From Macrostomum lignano (lineage: Eukaryota): a stretch of 48,760 nt of DNA. Below, one piece after another: positions 1-11,705 of the stretch. Position 1 is the stretch's first letter. Each line of letters opens with the position of its first letter. Under the pieces are notes generated by a model. The model saw only the letters and a program-made list of their open reading frames with translations, did no database searches and was not told the DNA's origin. The stretch lies in assembly GCA_002269645.1 (NCBI GenBank), contig NIVC01001365.1, forward strand, positions 1-48,760, read 5' to 3'. Position numbers and translations under genes: made by a program.

Positions 1-299
1 ATTTTTTGTTTCTTACATTTTCTTTCTTGTCTACTGTGCGAGCGTAGGCATCAGTTGTAGTTTTAAATGGAGAATATCAAAGAGATAAATGAGAGTACAT
101 TAAATTTACTAGAACCTGAGCTATTCCAGCGAAATCTTTTAACACCTTGGAGCCTCACTAGGTCTTCTCGCTAGATTTTTTGATGCTCCATGGAGAGACA
201 CTTCACCGTGTCTATCAGCACCCAGCCAGATTTCATGACATCTCTTTTGATCCTAGAATTCCTCATCCTGTTTTTAAGACGTAATGCACAAAAACACGA

Positions 300-1150
300 A
301 AGACACTCGTGAGGTCCAAAGCCGGGCATGGAGGGTGCGTAAATGCCAGACAAATGGAAAGTTAGGGGCGCCGTAAACCCTGCGTGAGCATGCGTCTGCT
401 GCGTACATGTCCGTATGTGTGTTCCTGCTGCGTACATATCCGTTTGAGTGTGCCTGCTTCGTACATATCCGTATGTGTGTTCCTGCTGCGTACATATCCG
501 TTTGAGTGTGCCTTTTTTATTAGAGGCAGGGGGGTTGTGTGCACCCTGGCGCACTTTAAGCGACATTGGCACACAACCGGCGAGAGGCATTACTGCCCAT
601 TCGACGACTCCCCTGAGCAGGCATACAAGCGCGCGGATACGTACGCAGGCACACACTCACACAGGAGTGTACAGCGGCCCTAACTTTATTTTATCGTTAG
701 GCATGTACACTTCACTGCGCCTTGGGGGGTTGGCTCTCAAGGCCGTTAATTGCACGAGCAGAGCCAAGCCGAGATTCCAATTCAGCCCCAAATTAATGCG
801 ACTGCACTTGGAATCGAGCCTGGGTCGCTGGCACACCAGAGCCTGCGCTAGACCGCTGGGCTACGGCCCCCCATGTGTGTGCCTGCTGCGTACATATCCG
901 TATGTGTGTGCCTGCTGCGTACGTATCCGTATGTGTGCCTGCTGCGTGCATATCCGTATGTGTGCCTGCTGCGTACATATCCGTATGTGTGCCTGCTGCG
1001 TACATATCCGTATGTGTGCCTGCTGCGTACATATCCGTACTGTATGTGTGCCTGCTGCGTACATATCCGTATGTGTGTGCCTGCTGCGTACATATCCGTA
1101 TGTGTGCCTGCTGCGTACATATCCGTATGTGTGCCTGCTCAGGGTTCAGC
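300..1150 (+). mobile_element. Old SINE family-2 copy whose body has expanded into a 27-29-bp minisatellite (TGTGTGCCTGCTGCGTACATATCCGTA; arrays ~385-512 and 873-1137)
   Basis: 330-390 (GAGGGTGCGTAAATGCCAGACAAATGGAAAGTTAGGGGCGCCGTAAACCCTGCGTGAGC) aligns by eye with the family-2 body at 14185/27525/32570. The array unit matches the body segment GTGTGCCTGCGTACGTATCCG, and the array ends in GCCTGCTCAGGG as the body continues. Confidence 0.6.
513..872 (-). mobile_element. tRNA-derived SINE, family 2, apparently full length
   Basis: Minus strand reads GGGGGGCCGTAGCCCAGCGGTCTAGCGC (box A-like) ... GGCTCGATTCC (box B-like), then a body shared with 14050-14335, 27520-27720 and 32540-32725, ending CTAATAAAAAA. 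Confidence 0.7.
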
Positions 1151-1332
1151 AGTATATGAATGACTGCTTTCCTTCCTGTCGCATTGATTCTTAACTGTGC
1201 TCAAGGCAAGGCCCTGCGAACTGACTGACTAGACGATGCATCACTAGCATTGCAGCATGACTCCATGCATCGTACTGGCCTTCTGACACTCAGCCACTAG
1301 AAAAGTCCATGCATTTTTTTGTTTCTTATGAA

Positions 1333-2560
1333 ATGTCGAAATTCCGTTTCCAGTCAACTCAAAACGCCGTCTCCAGCCTCGACCGTAAAGCAAAAAAATG
1401 ATCAACGACTTCTTCCGACGCCTCGATGGCGAATCAAAACGGTCCTCCGACCATCACCAGTCGAACAACAGTGGTGGTGGCGGCGCAGCGGTGGCAGCGG
1501 CGGCGGCGGCGGCGGAGTTCGCGGCCACGTGGAGAAGCAGTCGGACGGCTCGCTGCTGTACCGGGTGGCGTTTGACGTTCACGGATACGGGCCGGACGAC
1601 CTGCGCATCAGCCTGATTGGCGACCGGACCGTCCAGGTAGGTTAATCACTTTCATTTACTTTAAATAGACTTTAAATAGATAAAATTTTGTGTTTTCGTG
1701 CCGTGACTTTATCAGTGGTTCAAGGAGGTACCCTGCTTACTATGATAGATTTTTTATCATTTTATGCTATCTGTAGGGAGTAAAATCAATGAAATTGCTC
1801 TACATCTAAGCGAATTAGACACCCGTTCTGATCTAATGGCACCTCAAGGTGTGGTCATTCATCAATAAATATCCCCCAGTTCATTAGCGCACCAAAAGCA
1901 CATAGCTTACAGAGAGTTCTTCTCCGACACCACCGCACCGCAGGTGTCCGGCAGGGCCAGCCTGTCCGACGCTGGCTCTGGCAAACGGACCAACGTATCC
2001 TTCGACGAGCAGTTCACCCTGCCGGATGGGGTGGACACCAGCCAGCTGCGCTCGATCGATGGTGACCAACGGTCAACTGGTTTTGTCGGCGCCGATTTTG
2101 TCCAGCGGCGTCAAGTCGTCCAACTCAACTCTTCTGACTCCATCATCCGCTCAGCGGCAAGCTCAGAATCCTCCTGCTTCATCGCAGCAGCATCATCAAC
2201 AGCAACAGCAACAGCAGCAACAGCAGCAGCAGCAACAACCACAGCACTCAACACTGAAACGGGTGAGCCTCTATCAGCTCGAGCTGGACCTTGGCCGGGG
2301 AGAGTTCTCCGCCAGCGACGTCCGCGTCGCCACCACCGATTCTGGCGCTCGCCTGGTGGTGCACTGCCAGCGACAGGCCAGCGCGCGGCAAAACCTCCTT
2401 CAGGGAGTTCCGTGACGAATTCGACCTGCCGACGGGCCTTGACTTGGCCCGCATGACCGCCAGGCTGCGCAGCGACGGTCGCGTGTTCGTCGAAGCGCCG
2501 TTCCGACCGGAGCCGGAGCCCGGGTTCGAGTCCCAGCCGCTAACTGTGGTGCATCATTGA
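1333..2560 (+). CDS. Small heat-shock protein with two alpha-crystallin domains (flatworm p40/major egg antigen type); exons 1333-1636 and 1944-2560; four apparent frameshifts
   Basis: Motifs LYRVAFDVHGYGPDDLRISLIGDRTVQV|VSG...FDEQFTLPDGVDTSQLRS..GQLVLSAP and YQLELDLGRGEFSASDVRV...FREFRDEFDLPTGLDLARMTARLRSDGRVFVEAP. CAG|GTAGGT donor at 1637 and CCGCAG| acceptor at 1943 (phase 0). Frame changes near 1395, 1485, 2058 and 2385. Confidence 0.85.
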
Positions 2561-4384
2561 ACACTCGTATATTGTTGTTAGCTATCCCCGCCTGTCTTTG
2601 TCCGTAATTTAACTACCCGCAGGCCTCAAAGAAGTTTTTTTTGCAACCAATATTTACTTACTGACTGAGTTTTGTGTCTCGCTGTAAGTCTTACTTGGCT
2701 TCAGTGCTGCTGTTGCTTCAGATTTTCACGGACAATTTTCATGTGTGAAACGCATTGCTGTCTCAGCTTTCGCTTGGCTGGCTCTGTAGACTCAGAATCC
2801 GATTTTTTGTTCAGAAGATTCATAACACATTTTATTACAAAAGACTCTCTCAGTTCCGTGTTAGCACGCTTAGCCTAAGTCAGTAGTATGTCGAGCGCAT
2901 TTTGTACTGCTTTGGTTTGTTTAATTTTGCAAAGCTCATTGTTAGCCGCTGCTGTGCATGGGTTGCTCTCTTCCACCATGATCTTATCTTATAAGCTTTT
3001 AAATTCGTTTTCGGTCATTAATAATAAAAATTGTCTCGTTCGTTCGACTTGCTTTGCTTTCCACTGCAAGCCAGTGTGGGAAACTCAGTTTTTTTAGGCC
3101 TAATTTTTTATCTAGTAAACTTATGGATTTAAAAATGATATTATCCACACCTCTGGAACATCCTCAGATCCTCAAAAACTTATTCTAAATACTAAACACC
3201 CACGAAATAATAAAGTTTAAGGGACCATGCTTGGGTTTTTGTGTCACAGCGTGGATTTCAGCGTGGTAGGGTAGAGATGCTGGTATTTTATTTGATTTTT
3301 TGTAACTTTTTGTAACTGATACCAACTGAAATCCTGGCTGTCACCTTGACATCCTGAATTTGGAGTTGGGATATCACTGAGCCTAAAAACACCCAGGATG
3401 TGTTGAATTGGTGTCGTTTCACTGGATATTGCAAAAAACTTTTTTTAAATGTGACAGACGCTTGGCACTTGGCATGTCCCAAAAACTTTCGCTAGGAGGG
3501 GGGGGGGGCAAACACCCCCTGCCCCTAAAACTGAAAGCATGCAGTCACTTTTCGTTTAATTCTCATCAAAATCCAAAATTCAAAATGCATAATTCAAAGC
3601 GGCGCATTCCTCTCGCTGAAATCTGGACATTCTCGAGGCCTGCCTGATCGATGTCGCGAAACTGCCGAAGCCAGCCTCCCAGCCTCCTCCATCGGGTCGG
3701 AACTCGGCCGCACCCCGTGTCTGCCCTCCCCCCCCTCTGTTCCCCATTCTCCATGAATCTGAAATGAAGTCCTGAGGGGGAGGAGTGGGGAGTCTGGGAG
3801 CGAAATTTTTGTTTGCCCATTTGTGAGTCAGATTGGGAAATCGGAGGAGACGGACGCCGACTCTCAAACACACAATCTCCCTCTCTCCCCCCCCCACAAG
3901 TCATCGGCTTGGCCGGCCCTTCAGGCCAGAGAAAGCGGCTTCAGCTCGAGCCCGGCACCAGCCCAACCCCCTCCCCCCTATTCTCTCTGCAGCTGCAGCT
4001 GTGAGCTGAACTAAGCTGAATAATTCACGGACTCTCCAGCGCTTGGCAGGAGCAGAAGAAGCCTGCGCCTGCATGGCGTGGATCAGCAATCGCTTGGATG
4101 AGGCGGCGGCATTGAGACAATGCCCTGATGAAGGAATAATAGGGGGAGACTCTGCAGACCAACTCAGAAGATAACGATTTAACAAATTACAAGTGACAAG
4201 TGGCATGTTTTTACCTTTTAGCGTTTCATTCGAATCGAAGAGACAGTTTCTTAAAACTTTTAACATTGTCCAAAAATCGTTTAAGTTTTGAGCTTGGGAA
4301 ATTGACTTTTTTATTTTAGTATTTTTTTGCAAACGCTCCGAGATACATGTAGATTTGAAAGCAACAGTATTTGCCGACTATAGA

Positions 4385-4912
4385 CCCGGGGTTAAGACCA
4401 TAGACTGTAGCTCTGCTGTTCTCCAAAAGCTAGTGTCTGTGGCCCTATCCCCGGGTTAAGACCATAGACTGTAGCTCTGCTGTTCTCCAAAAGCTAGTGT
4501 CTGTGGCCCTATCCCCGGGGTTAAGACCATAGACTGTAGCTCTGCTGTTCTCTAAAAGCTAGTGTCTGTGGCCCTACCCCGGGGTTAAGACCATAGACTG
4601 TAGCTCTGCTGTTCTCTAAAAGCTAGTGTCTGTGGCCCTACCCCCGGGGTTAAGACCATAGACTGTAGCTCTGCTGTTCTCTAAAAGCTAGTGTCTGTGG
4701 CCCTACCCCGGGTTAAGACCATAGACTGTAGCTCTGCTGCTCTCCAAAAGCTAGTGTCTGTGGCCCTAACCCAGGGGTTCAGATAGTAGACTGTAGCTCT
4801 GCTGCTCTCTAAAAGCTAGTGTCTGTGGCCCTACCCCGGGGTTAAGACCATAGACTGTAGCTTCTGCTGCTCTCAAGCATTAGCAGCACCCAGTGTCTGT
4901 GGCCCTAACTCC
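4385..4912. repeat. ~64-65-bp minisatellite, ~8 copies, each with an internal inverted repeat
   Basis: Unit CCCCGGGGTTAAGACCATAGACTGTAGCTCTGCTGTTCTCCAAAAGCTAGTGTCTGTGGCCCTA; GTTAAG recurs at 4391, 4455, 4520 and 4584. Confidence 0.95.
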
Positions 4913-5810
4913 GGGGTTTTTGGGGCCTCGTAGACGGCTGCTAAATATATTAGCGAATGCTGAAGTGACGCATCTATGTAATACAGAATCTGTGCTCGAG
5001 ATTTCGTTGGCATCTTAATACGCTCGTAGAATCTTGATGAAACCGAACTACTTGTAATTTGTCACCTGTAGATAGATTTACAACGCTCTTCTGGAAGAAC
5101 GGATTCAAGCCGGGAAATTTTAGCCAATCCAGCCAGCCGGAGTCAGTCAGTCGTCAGTCAGCAGGGCTTTGGCAGGTTTGCTGGGTCACCTACTGGCGCC
5201 CCTCTCCACCTCCCCTCAGCAATATTCCCAGATCCCCATTCCTGCCTACCCGGGGCCTTGCTGGGCGATGCGAGGGAGGGGGAGGCCGCAGGCCCGGAAT
5301 GAGGGCAGAAGAGAGAAGGGAGAGGGGGAGGCTGGGGAGAGACGGGGGGTGCGCCAGAACACTCATCTAATATTCCATTTGCAAAGCTAAATAATTAATG
5401 AGGTGAGCTTTTCTTCTGTTGGCGATGGTAGGTCTGTTTGAGCCGCGTGAATATTTAATGGGCCGTGTGTTTGACGCCGCGATACGGTCTGGGCCTCAAT
5501 AATTCAGGCGCACACTTAGCATTTATGCATAGAAATAGAGGCAAATTCAAACGAAGCCAAACTGGAAGCTCAACTCCTCGCTTTTGGAGCAGCAGGCAGG
5601 AAGGCAGGCAACTCCCGGGCAAAGTCTCTCTCTCTCTCAGTTCCCTCTCTGTCACTTGCTCCCGGCAGCTGACTGCCGCACCGTTATAATCCTGCAGGAA
5701 TCGGCAGCAGCAGCAACAAACCGTTTGCCGAATATTTTCTTCTGCTTATTGTTGTCAATTGGAGATAAAAAGCCTCGTTTGAACGCGACTTTGGCGCGGT
5801 GTCGTCACTC

Positions 5811-8226
5811 ATGGCGGAGACCACCATCGGCGAGGTGAGCAGTCGAAGTCTGCTGTCATCAGCTGCTCAGCAGGCCATCGAGCGGCGATACGAGGACTGC
5901 GAGGTGAGGACCACCTTTGTAGACTTTTATAGATATCTAGTAGGTAGAGGGTCGATTCCTAGTAGATTGGGTAGATTAGCAACACGGATTGAGTGTAGAT
6001 TTTCAGCAAATTGTCGATAAATTTCTGGTAGATTGTCGATAAATCTCTCGTAGATAGTCAATAGATTTCTGGTAGATTGTTGATAGATTTCTGGTAGATT
6101 GTCGATAGATTTCTGATAGATTTCCGATAGATTTCTGATAGATTGTCGATAGATTTCTAATAGATTGTCAATAGATGTCTGATAGATTGTCGATAGATTT
6201 CTTTGTAGATTGTTGATAGATTTCTGGTAGATTGTCGATAGATTTCTTAGATTTCTGATAGATTGTCGATAGATTTCTTCGTAGATTGTCGATAGATTTC
6301 TGTTAGATTATCGATAGATTTCAGGTAGATTGTCGATAGATTTCTGGTAGATTATCGATATATTTCTGGTAGATTACCGATAGATTTCTGATTGATTATC
6401 GATAGACCTTCATCATCCGACAATAATTCTGGAACTACAAGACGGAAGAATGAAATTGGGGTGGGCAGGAAAAGTGAGATGGTGAGAAATGTGTGATGGT
6501 GAGAATATCGGGGGCGGGAGAAGTTGGGGTGGCGCTCCCGACTCCGCTTTCCCCACTTGTTTGCTCACGCCCCCCTGCCCAAGCCGCCAGCCGCCCCCAG
6601 TTTAATTGGAGTTCATTCAGGCCTCGCACTGAATATTTAACGGGATTTACAATGCAGACTCAAGCAGACTAAAAATTCACCCAAAAAGACATCGACAGGA
6701 CAGCCGTTGCTAACACAGATCCTCACCTGTGCCGCACCGACTTCCCGCTTCCTCAGGCAAACAGCGGACCCGTGGATCTCATCAAGCGGACGGGACAGGT
6801 CGGCACAGCGCCGGCCGAGGCCCGGGGACGCTCGCCGCAGCAGCCGTCCAAGACTTTGGCGTCGGCAGCAACGCCGAACGGAACCGGACAGCATCAGCCG
6901 CCTGGTGGCATGCGAGGCAGGAAGCGCGGCGCTCATCCCGCAGCCGCCTCGGCGTCTCACTACCATCAGCACCATCACCAGCTCTTTGTCCAGCCTGCTG
7001 CCAAGCATCCATCTTTGTCCGCGACAACGTCCTCAGTTCCCGTGTCGGCAGTCTCCTCGGTGGCAGCTGCGGCGGTCGCGGCGGCGGCTGCGGCGGCTGC
7101 GGCGGCGGCAGCATCGGCCAATTCGTCGACGTCCTCGGTGGCTACCATATCTTCGTCTTCGTCATCCTCGACGTCAACTTCTGCCGCGGCAGCGGTGGCG
7201 GCAGCGGCCGCAGCGGCCGCCAGCGGCTGCTTTAGCTGCCAGTCGTGCCGGATGACGTTTGCCAATCGCGACGCCCTGGCGATGCACATGATGGACAGCG
7301 TGCGCAACAACGGCACCTGCGCCACGGACAGCGGCGGCGGCAGCGGCGGCGGCAGCGGCGTCGGTCTTGGCAGCCATGACCACGTCGCCGGAAGCCGCAG
7401 TCAGGCGCCTCATTCAAAGCCGGCTTCCGCTGGCATCCCGGTGTGCCGCCTGTGCGGAGAACGAATGCCCAGCGAGGAGTCGCTGGCGGTGCACATGCTG
7501 GCGCACGCGGCCGCCTGCCAGCAGCAGCAGCTGCCTCCGCCACCGCCGCAGGCACCGACGCAAGCTGCGCAGCCGCAACACCAGCAGCTGCCGGAGGGCC
7601 TCCAGCTGCCGCCGCTCCTCCGGCCGGGGCTGGCTGCCTACACCGACTACCTTCAGAGCCTCGTGCACCTGGCCTCTCCGCTGATGCACTCACAGACAAA
7701 CCTGTCGTCTCAGCCGCCACCGCCGCCGCCTCCACTGCCGCCACAGCCTCCGACAGCGTCGCTAGCCTCGCCCCCGTTGGCAGAGGACAAGGCCGGAGTG
7801 CTGGCGCAGTCACCCAAGACCTCCTCGCCGTCGGCGCCGAAATGTAGAAGCGCACCTGCCGGCGCGGCTGTCAGTTCCGCATCGTCGGCGGCGGCGACCA
7901 CCATCGGCTCCTTGATGCCTGCATCGCCGCAGCTGCTACACGCGGCCCAGTTGCATCCGCAACACCACCAGCAGCAGCAGCAGCAGCCGAAGTCGCCGCA
8001 GTCAACCAGCGACGGTGGCTGCAGGTCGGGTACTCCTGGAACCGGAGCCGTCAGCACTGGCGGATTCCCCCACGTGTGCCCTCACTGCCTGATTGGCTTT
8101 GTTGACCAGGTCATGTACTGCCTGCACATGGGCCTGCACAACCTCAACGAGCCATTTCAGTGTAACATGTGCGGCAGAGTGCTGGCCAATCGGCAGCAGT
8201 TCGCCTCGCACACGTTGCACTATTGA
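5811..8226 (+). CDS. Ikaros/Hunchback-family C2H2 zinc-finger protein, ~520 aa; exons 5811-5903 and 6757-8226
   Basis: Exon 1 MAETT...YEDCE ends GAG|GTGAGG. Acceptor TTCCTCAG| at 6756 is in frame with the 6772-8226 ORF. The C-terminal pair CPHCLIGFVDQVMYCLHMGLH...PFQCNMCG matches the Ikaros/Hunchback dimerisation-finger signature (recalled Ikaros: [29 protein letters not shown]). Internal fingers CQSC..H and CRLC..HMLAH. Confidence 0.85.
5985..6410. repeat. 22-bp (2x11) intronic minisatellite GATAGATTTCTGGTAGATTGTC
   Basis: Direct tandem periodicity inside intron 1 of the zinc-finger gene. Confidence 0.95.
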
Positions 8227-8364
8227 CTGACTGACTGACAGCATCGATTTTCTTTTGCGCACACAGAAACCCTTGCTGGCTTCTTTGTTTAGATTTGTGC
8301 AACTGTAAACCTAGTCATCATTTCACCTGGATCCTCCTTCCATCACCCACCCCCTCTATCCAGA

Positions 8365-9120
8365 CAAGCACCTCCCTCCGTGCCCCAGACCCCTCTCCAA
8401 TCACCCACCTCCCTCCGATCCCCAGACCCTCTCCAATCACCCACCTCCCTCCGTGCCCCAGACCTCTCTCCAATCACCCACCTCCCTTCGATCCCCAGAC
8501 CCTCTCCAATCACCCACCTCCCTCCGTGCCCCAGACCCCTCTCCAATCACCCACCTCCCTCCGTGCCTCAGACCCCTCTCCAATCACCCACCTCCCTCCG
8601 ATCCCCAGACCCTCTCCAATCACCCACCTCCCTCCGTGCCCCAGACCTCTCTCCAATCACCCACCTCCCTCCGTGCCCCAGACCCCTCTCCAATCACCCA
8701 CCTCCCTCCGTGCCTCAGACCCCTCTCCAATCACCCACCTCCCTCCGATCCCCAGACCCTCTCCAATCACCCACCTCCCTCCGTGCCCCAGACCTCTCTC
8801 CAATCACCCACCTCCCTTCGATCCCCAGACCCTCTCCAATCACCCACCTCCCTCCGTGCCCCAGACCCCTCTCCAATCACCCACCTCCCTCCGTGCCCCA
8901 GACCCCTCTCCAATCATCCCAGACCCCCATCAAGTCACCCATCCTCCGCTGTGCCCCAAACCACTTTCAAGTCACCCACCCCCACTGTGCCCCAGATCCC
9001 TATCTAGTCACCCACCTCCCTCTATGCCCTAGTCCCCTATTCAGTCACCCACCTCCCTCTATGCCCCAGTCCTTATCCAGTCACCCACCTCCCTCTATGC
9101 CCCAGTCCCCTATCCAGCCA
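8365..9120. repeat. ~37-38-bp C-rich minisatellite CCAGACCCTCTCCAATCACCCACCTCCCTCCGTGCCC, degenerating at the 3' end
   Basis: Tandem periodicity; explains the Pro-rich pseudo-ORFs at 8295-9141. Confidence 0.95.
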
Positions 9121-10719
9121 ACTACCTGCCCCGGTCATTAGTATCCAATTGCTCCTGATTTCATAAATGAATCAAACCTGTCAACATTTATAGCTACCTG
9201 ATACCACGCACAATTTACCAAATTTATTAACCAATCATATTTGTCCATAGTTAGAGCTATGCTTGTGCTTCTTGCTGAACCCTGACTGCCCCTGTCCGAT
9301 CGTCTCACAGTGTCTCTAATAGCTTATATTTCGAATTTTTTTAACTTACGACAAACAGACTCAGTTGGACCTCAGTAGTAGCCCCCACAATAAAATCTGT
9401 TTCTAGCTATGTGGTATAAATTATGCATACACCCTTTATCATATCGGTAGGCATGCTCGCGCTCGGATCGCTGGCTGCACTTTTCTAGAGGCCGTCTGCT
9501 CCTCTCGTGCATCTAAATTATGCATGCATCGCGACTGAAATCTAGCCGGATATGATCTTCAATTCATGCAACTTTCAATAATTCATGCTCGTAATATTTT
9601 ACTCATAATAAATTCGGCGAAAATACTCGCCATGGTCTGTCCGGGGCCCTAGCCGACGAGTTTTCGAGTTTCGAAACTTTCTTGCGCTGCCCCATCTAGC
9701 CGGAGGTTTTGATTGGTCAGAGCATTGGCCGGATGTGCCAAGCCAGTTTACCACGAATCAGATACAAGTGCTGTTGCTTGGCCTGTTGCTTGGTCGAGTT
9801 TTGAAAATTCATTCGAAATGAGCTTTCGAAATGAGGCTGGAGAGAGGCTGAGGAGCCTGATGATGAGGTGGATGGGGCAGAAGAGGAGGAATAGAGAGAG
9901 GGAGGGGGAGATGACGGGGCTGCAGAGCTGTAAATAATAGATGAGGCTATTTGCATTTCTGTCGTGCACTGCTGCCCCCCCCCCTGGTGGTCCTCCTGCG
10001 CGCTCCCGGGAAATTGTGACTCAGGAAATGCCGAGAAAGGGAAGCGCAGGAGCAAGGCAGCACCAGCTTCTCTGCCTGCCTCCGCCGCCTTGCATTTAAA
10101 AAAAACTTTTTTCTCTCTGGCCTCAAACCGCTTGCATCTAAGAGCGTTTTTGCTATAAATTTTTGACTAGATCCCGAGCCCAAACACGGCGGCCATAACT
10201 TCCCCACCCCCTTTTCCAGGAAAGCCTGGAGTCAGCCATGCCCGCCCAGCCCTGTCGCATGCAAATTGCCCCCGCTGCTTCAAGTCAATCAGCCGCTTGG
10301 GAGGCTCTCCCTGACAGTCAAGAGTTCTGCTGCGCCTCCTTCACCTGTTGCTTTGTTGCCTGGAAGGGACGCTTGGGTGATTTAATGGGAGGGATTCTGC
10401 GTGAGCTTCGTCATCATTATACGTCCTCTCCAATGCCAAGTGTGCACAATGCGTATTCCATAATTAACGAGCTCCGTTCTCCTCCCCTCTCAACTCCCGA
10501 CAGCTTCCCGCAGCGAGGCTGTCCCGTCAGCTATAGAGGAGTTAGCCATGTTGAACCGCGAGTTAAGCAGCAAAACAGGTGCAAAAAGAGGTGTTACAAC
10601 TGGAAAGATCTTCATCTAATAGCAGCATATCTGATCTTGGCTAGTTCAATTAATGAGGCTTAGGTTCCGGCGAACGCAAAATTTTTACCAAATCTTAATG
10701 CTAATCGCACTGTTTTTGT

Positions 10720-11610
10720 CGTGGAATCTGAGATCTTACAATGACCCATGGTTTTCTTGGAATCTGAGATCTTACAATGACCCATGGTTTTCTTGGAATC
10801 TGAGATCTTACAATGACCAATGGTTTTCTTGGAATCTGAGATCTTACAATGACCCATGGTTTTCTTGGAATCTGAGATCTTACAATGACCAATGGTTTTC
10901 TTGGAATCTGAGATCTTACAATGACCCATGGTTTTCTTGGAATCTGAGATCTTACAATGACCCATGGTTTTCTTGGAATCTGAGATCTTACAATGACCCA
11001 TGGTTTTCTTGGAATCTGAGATCTTACAATGACCCATGGTTTTCTTGGAATCTGAGATCTTACAATGACCCATGGTTTTCTTGGAATCTGAGATCTTACA
11101 ATGACCAATGGTTTTCTTAGAATCGGAGATCTTACAATGACCCATGGTTTCTTGGAATTGGACACGTACCCATGGTTTTCTTAGAATCTGAGATTTTACA
11201 ATGACCCATGGTTTTCTTAGAATCTGAGATCTTACAATGACCCATGGTTTTCTTAGAATCGGAGATCTTACAATGACCAATGGTTTTCTTAGAATCGGAG
11301 ATTTTACAATGACTAATGGTTTTCTTAGAATCGAAGATCTTACAATGACCCATGGTTTCTTGGAATCTGAGATCTTACAATGACCCATGGTTTTCTTGGA
11401 ATCTGAGATTTTACAATGACCCATGGTTTTCTTAGAATCGGAGATCTTACAATGACCCATGGTTTCTTGGAATCTGAGATCTTACAATGACCCATGGTTT
11501 TCTTGGAATCTGAGATCTTACAATGACCAATGGTTTTCTTAGAATCGGAGATCTTACAATGACCCATGGTTTCTTGGAATTGGACACGTACCCATGGTTT
11601 TCTTGGAATC
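10720..11610. repeat. 36-bp minisatellite GTTTTCTTGGAATCTGAGATCTTACAATGACCCATG (~24 copies)
   Basis: Tandem periodicity; gives the 12-aa repeats FSWNLRSYNDPW / MGHCKISDSKKT in the ORF track. Confidence 0.97.
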
Positions 11611-11673
11611 GGAGACCTTAGAATGGCTCCTGAATTTAATATTGGAGATCGTACATTTACTATAACATACATG

Positions 11674-11705
11674 TACGAGGGCTATCCGAAAGTAAGTTTC
11701 GCTAT
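11674..11705 (+). mobile_element. Possible solitary Tc1/mariner terminal inverted repeat
   Basis: TA|CGAGGGCTATCCGAAAGTAAGTTTCG resembles the TA-CGAGGG terminus of mariner-type elements. No partner TIR or transposase was found. Confidence 0.35.

Noticed and set aside
67-285. Short + strand frames (MENIKEINEST..., LMLHGETLHRVYQHPARF...)
   Set aside because: Interrupted by stops, no recognisable family and no convincing splice sites.
274-1163. Many overlapping ORFs (YAAGTH / CVCLLRTYPY repeats)
   Set aside because: They are translations of the 27-29-bp minisatellite and SINE, not genes.
6637-8262. Antisense and alternative-frame ORFs over the zinc-finger gene
   Set aside because: Expected shadow ORFs of GC-rich, low-complexity coding sequence.
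10653-11672. CRISPR-like 36-bp repeats and repeat-protein ORFs
   Set aside because: Units are contiguous with no unique spacers, there are no cas genes and the context is eukaryotic: an ordinary minisatellite.
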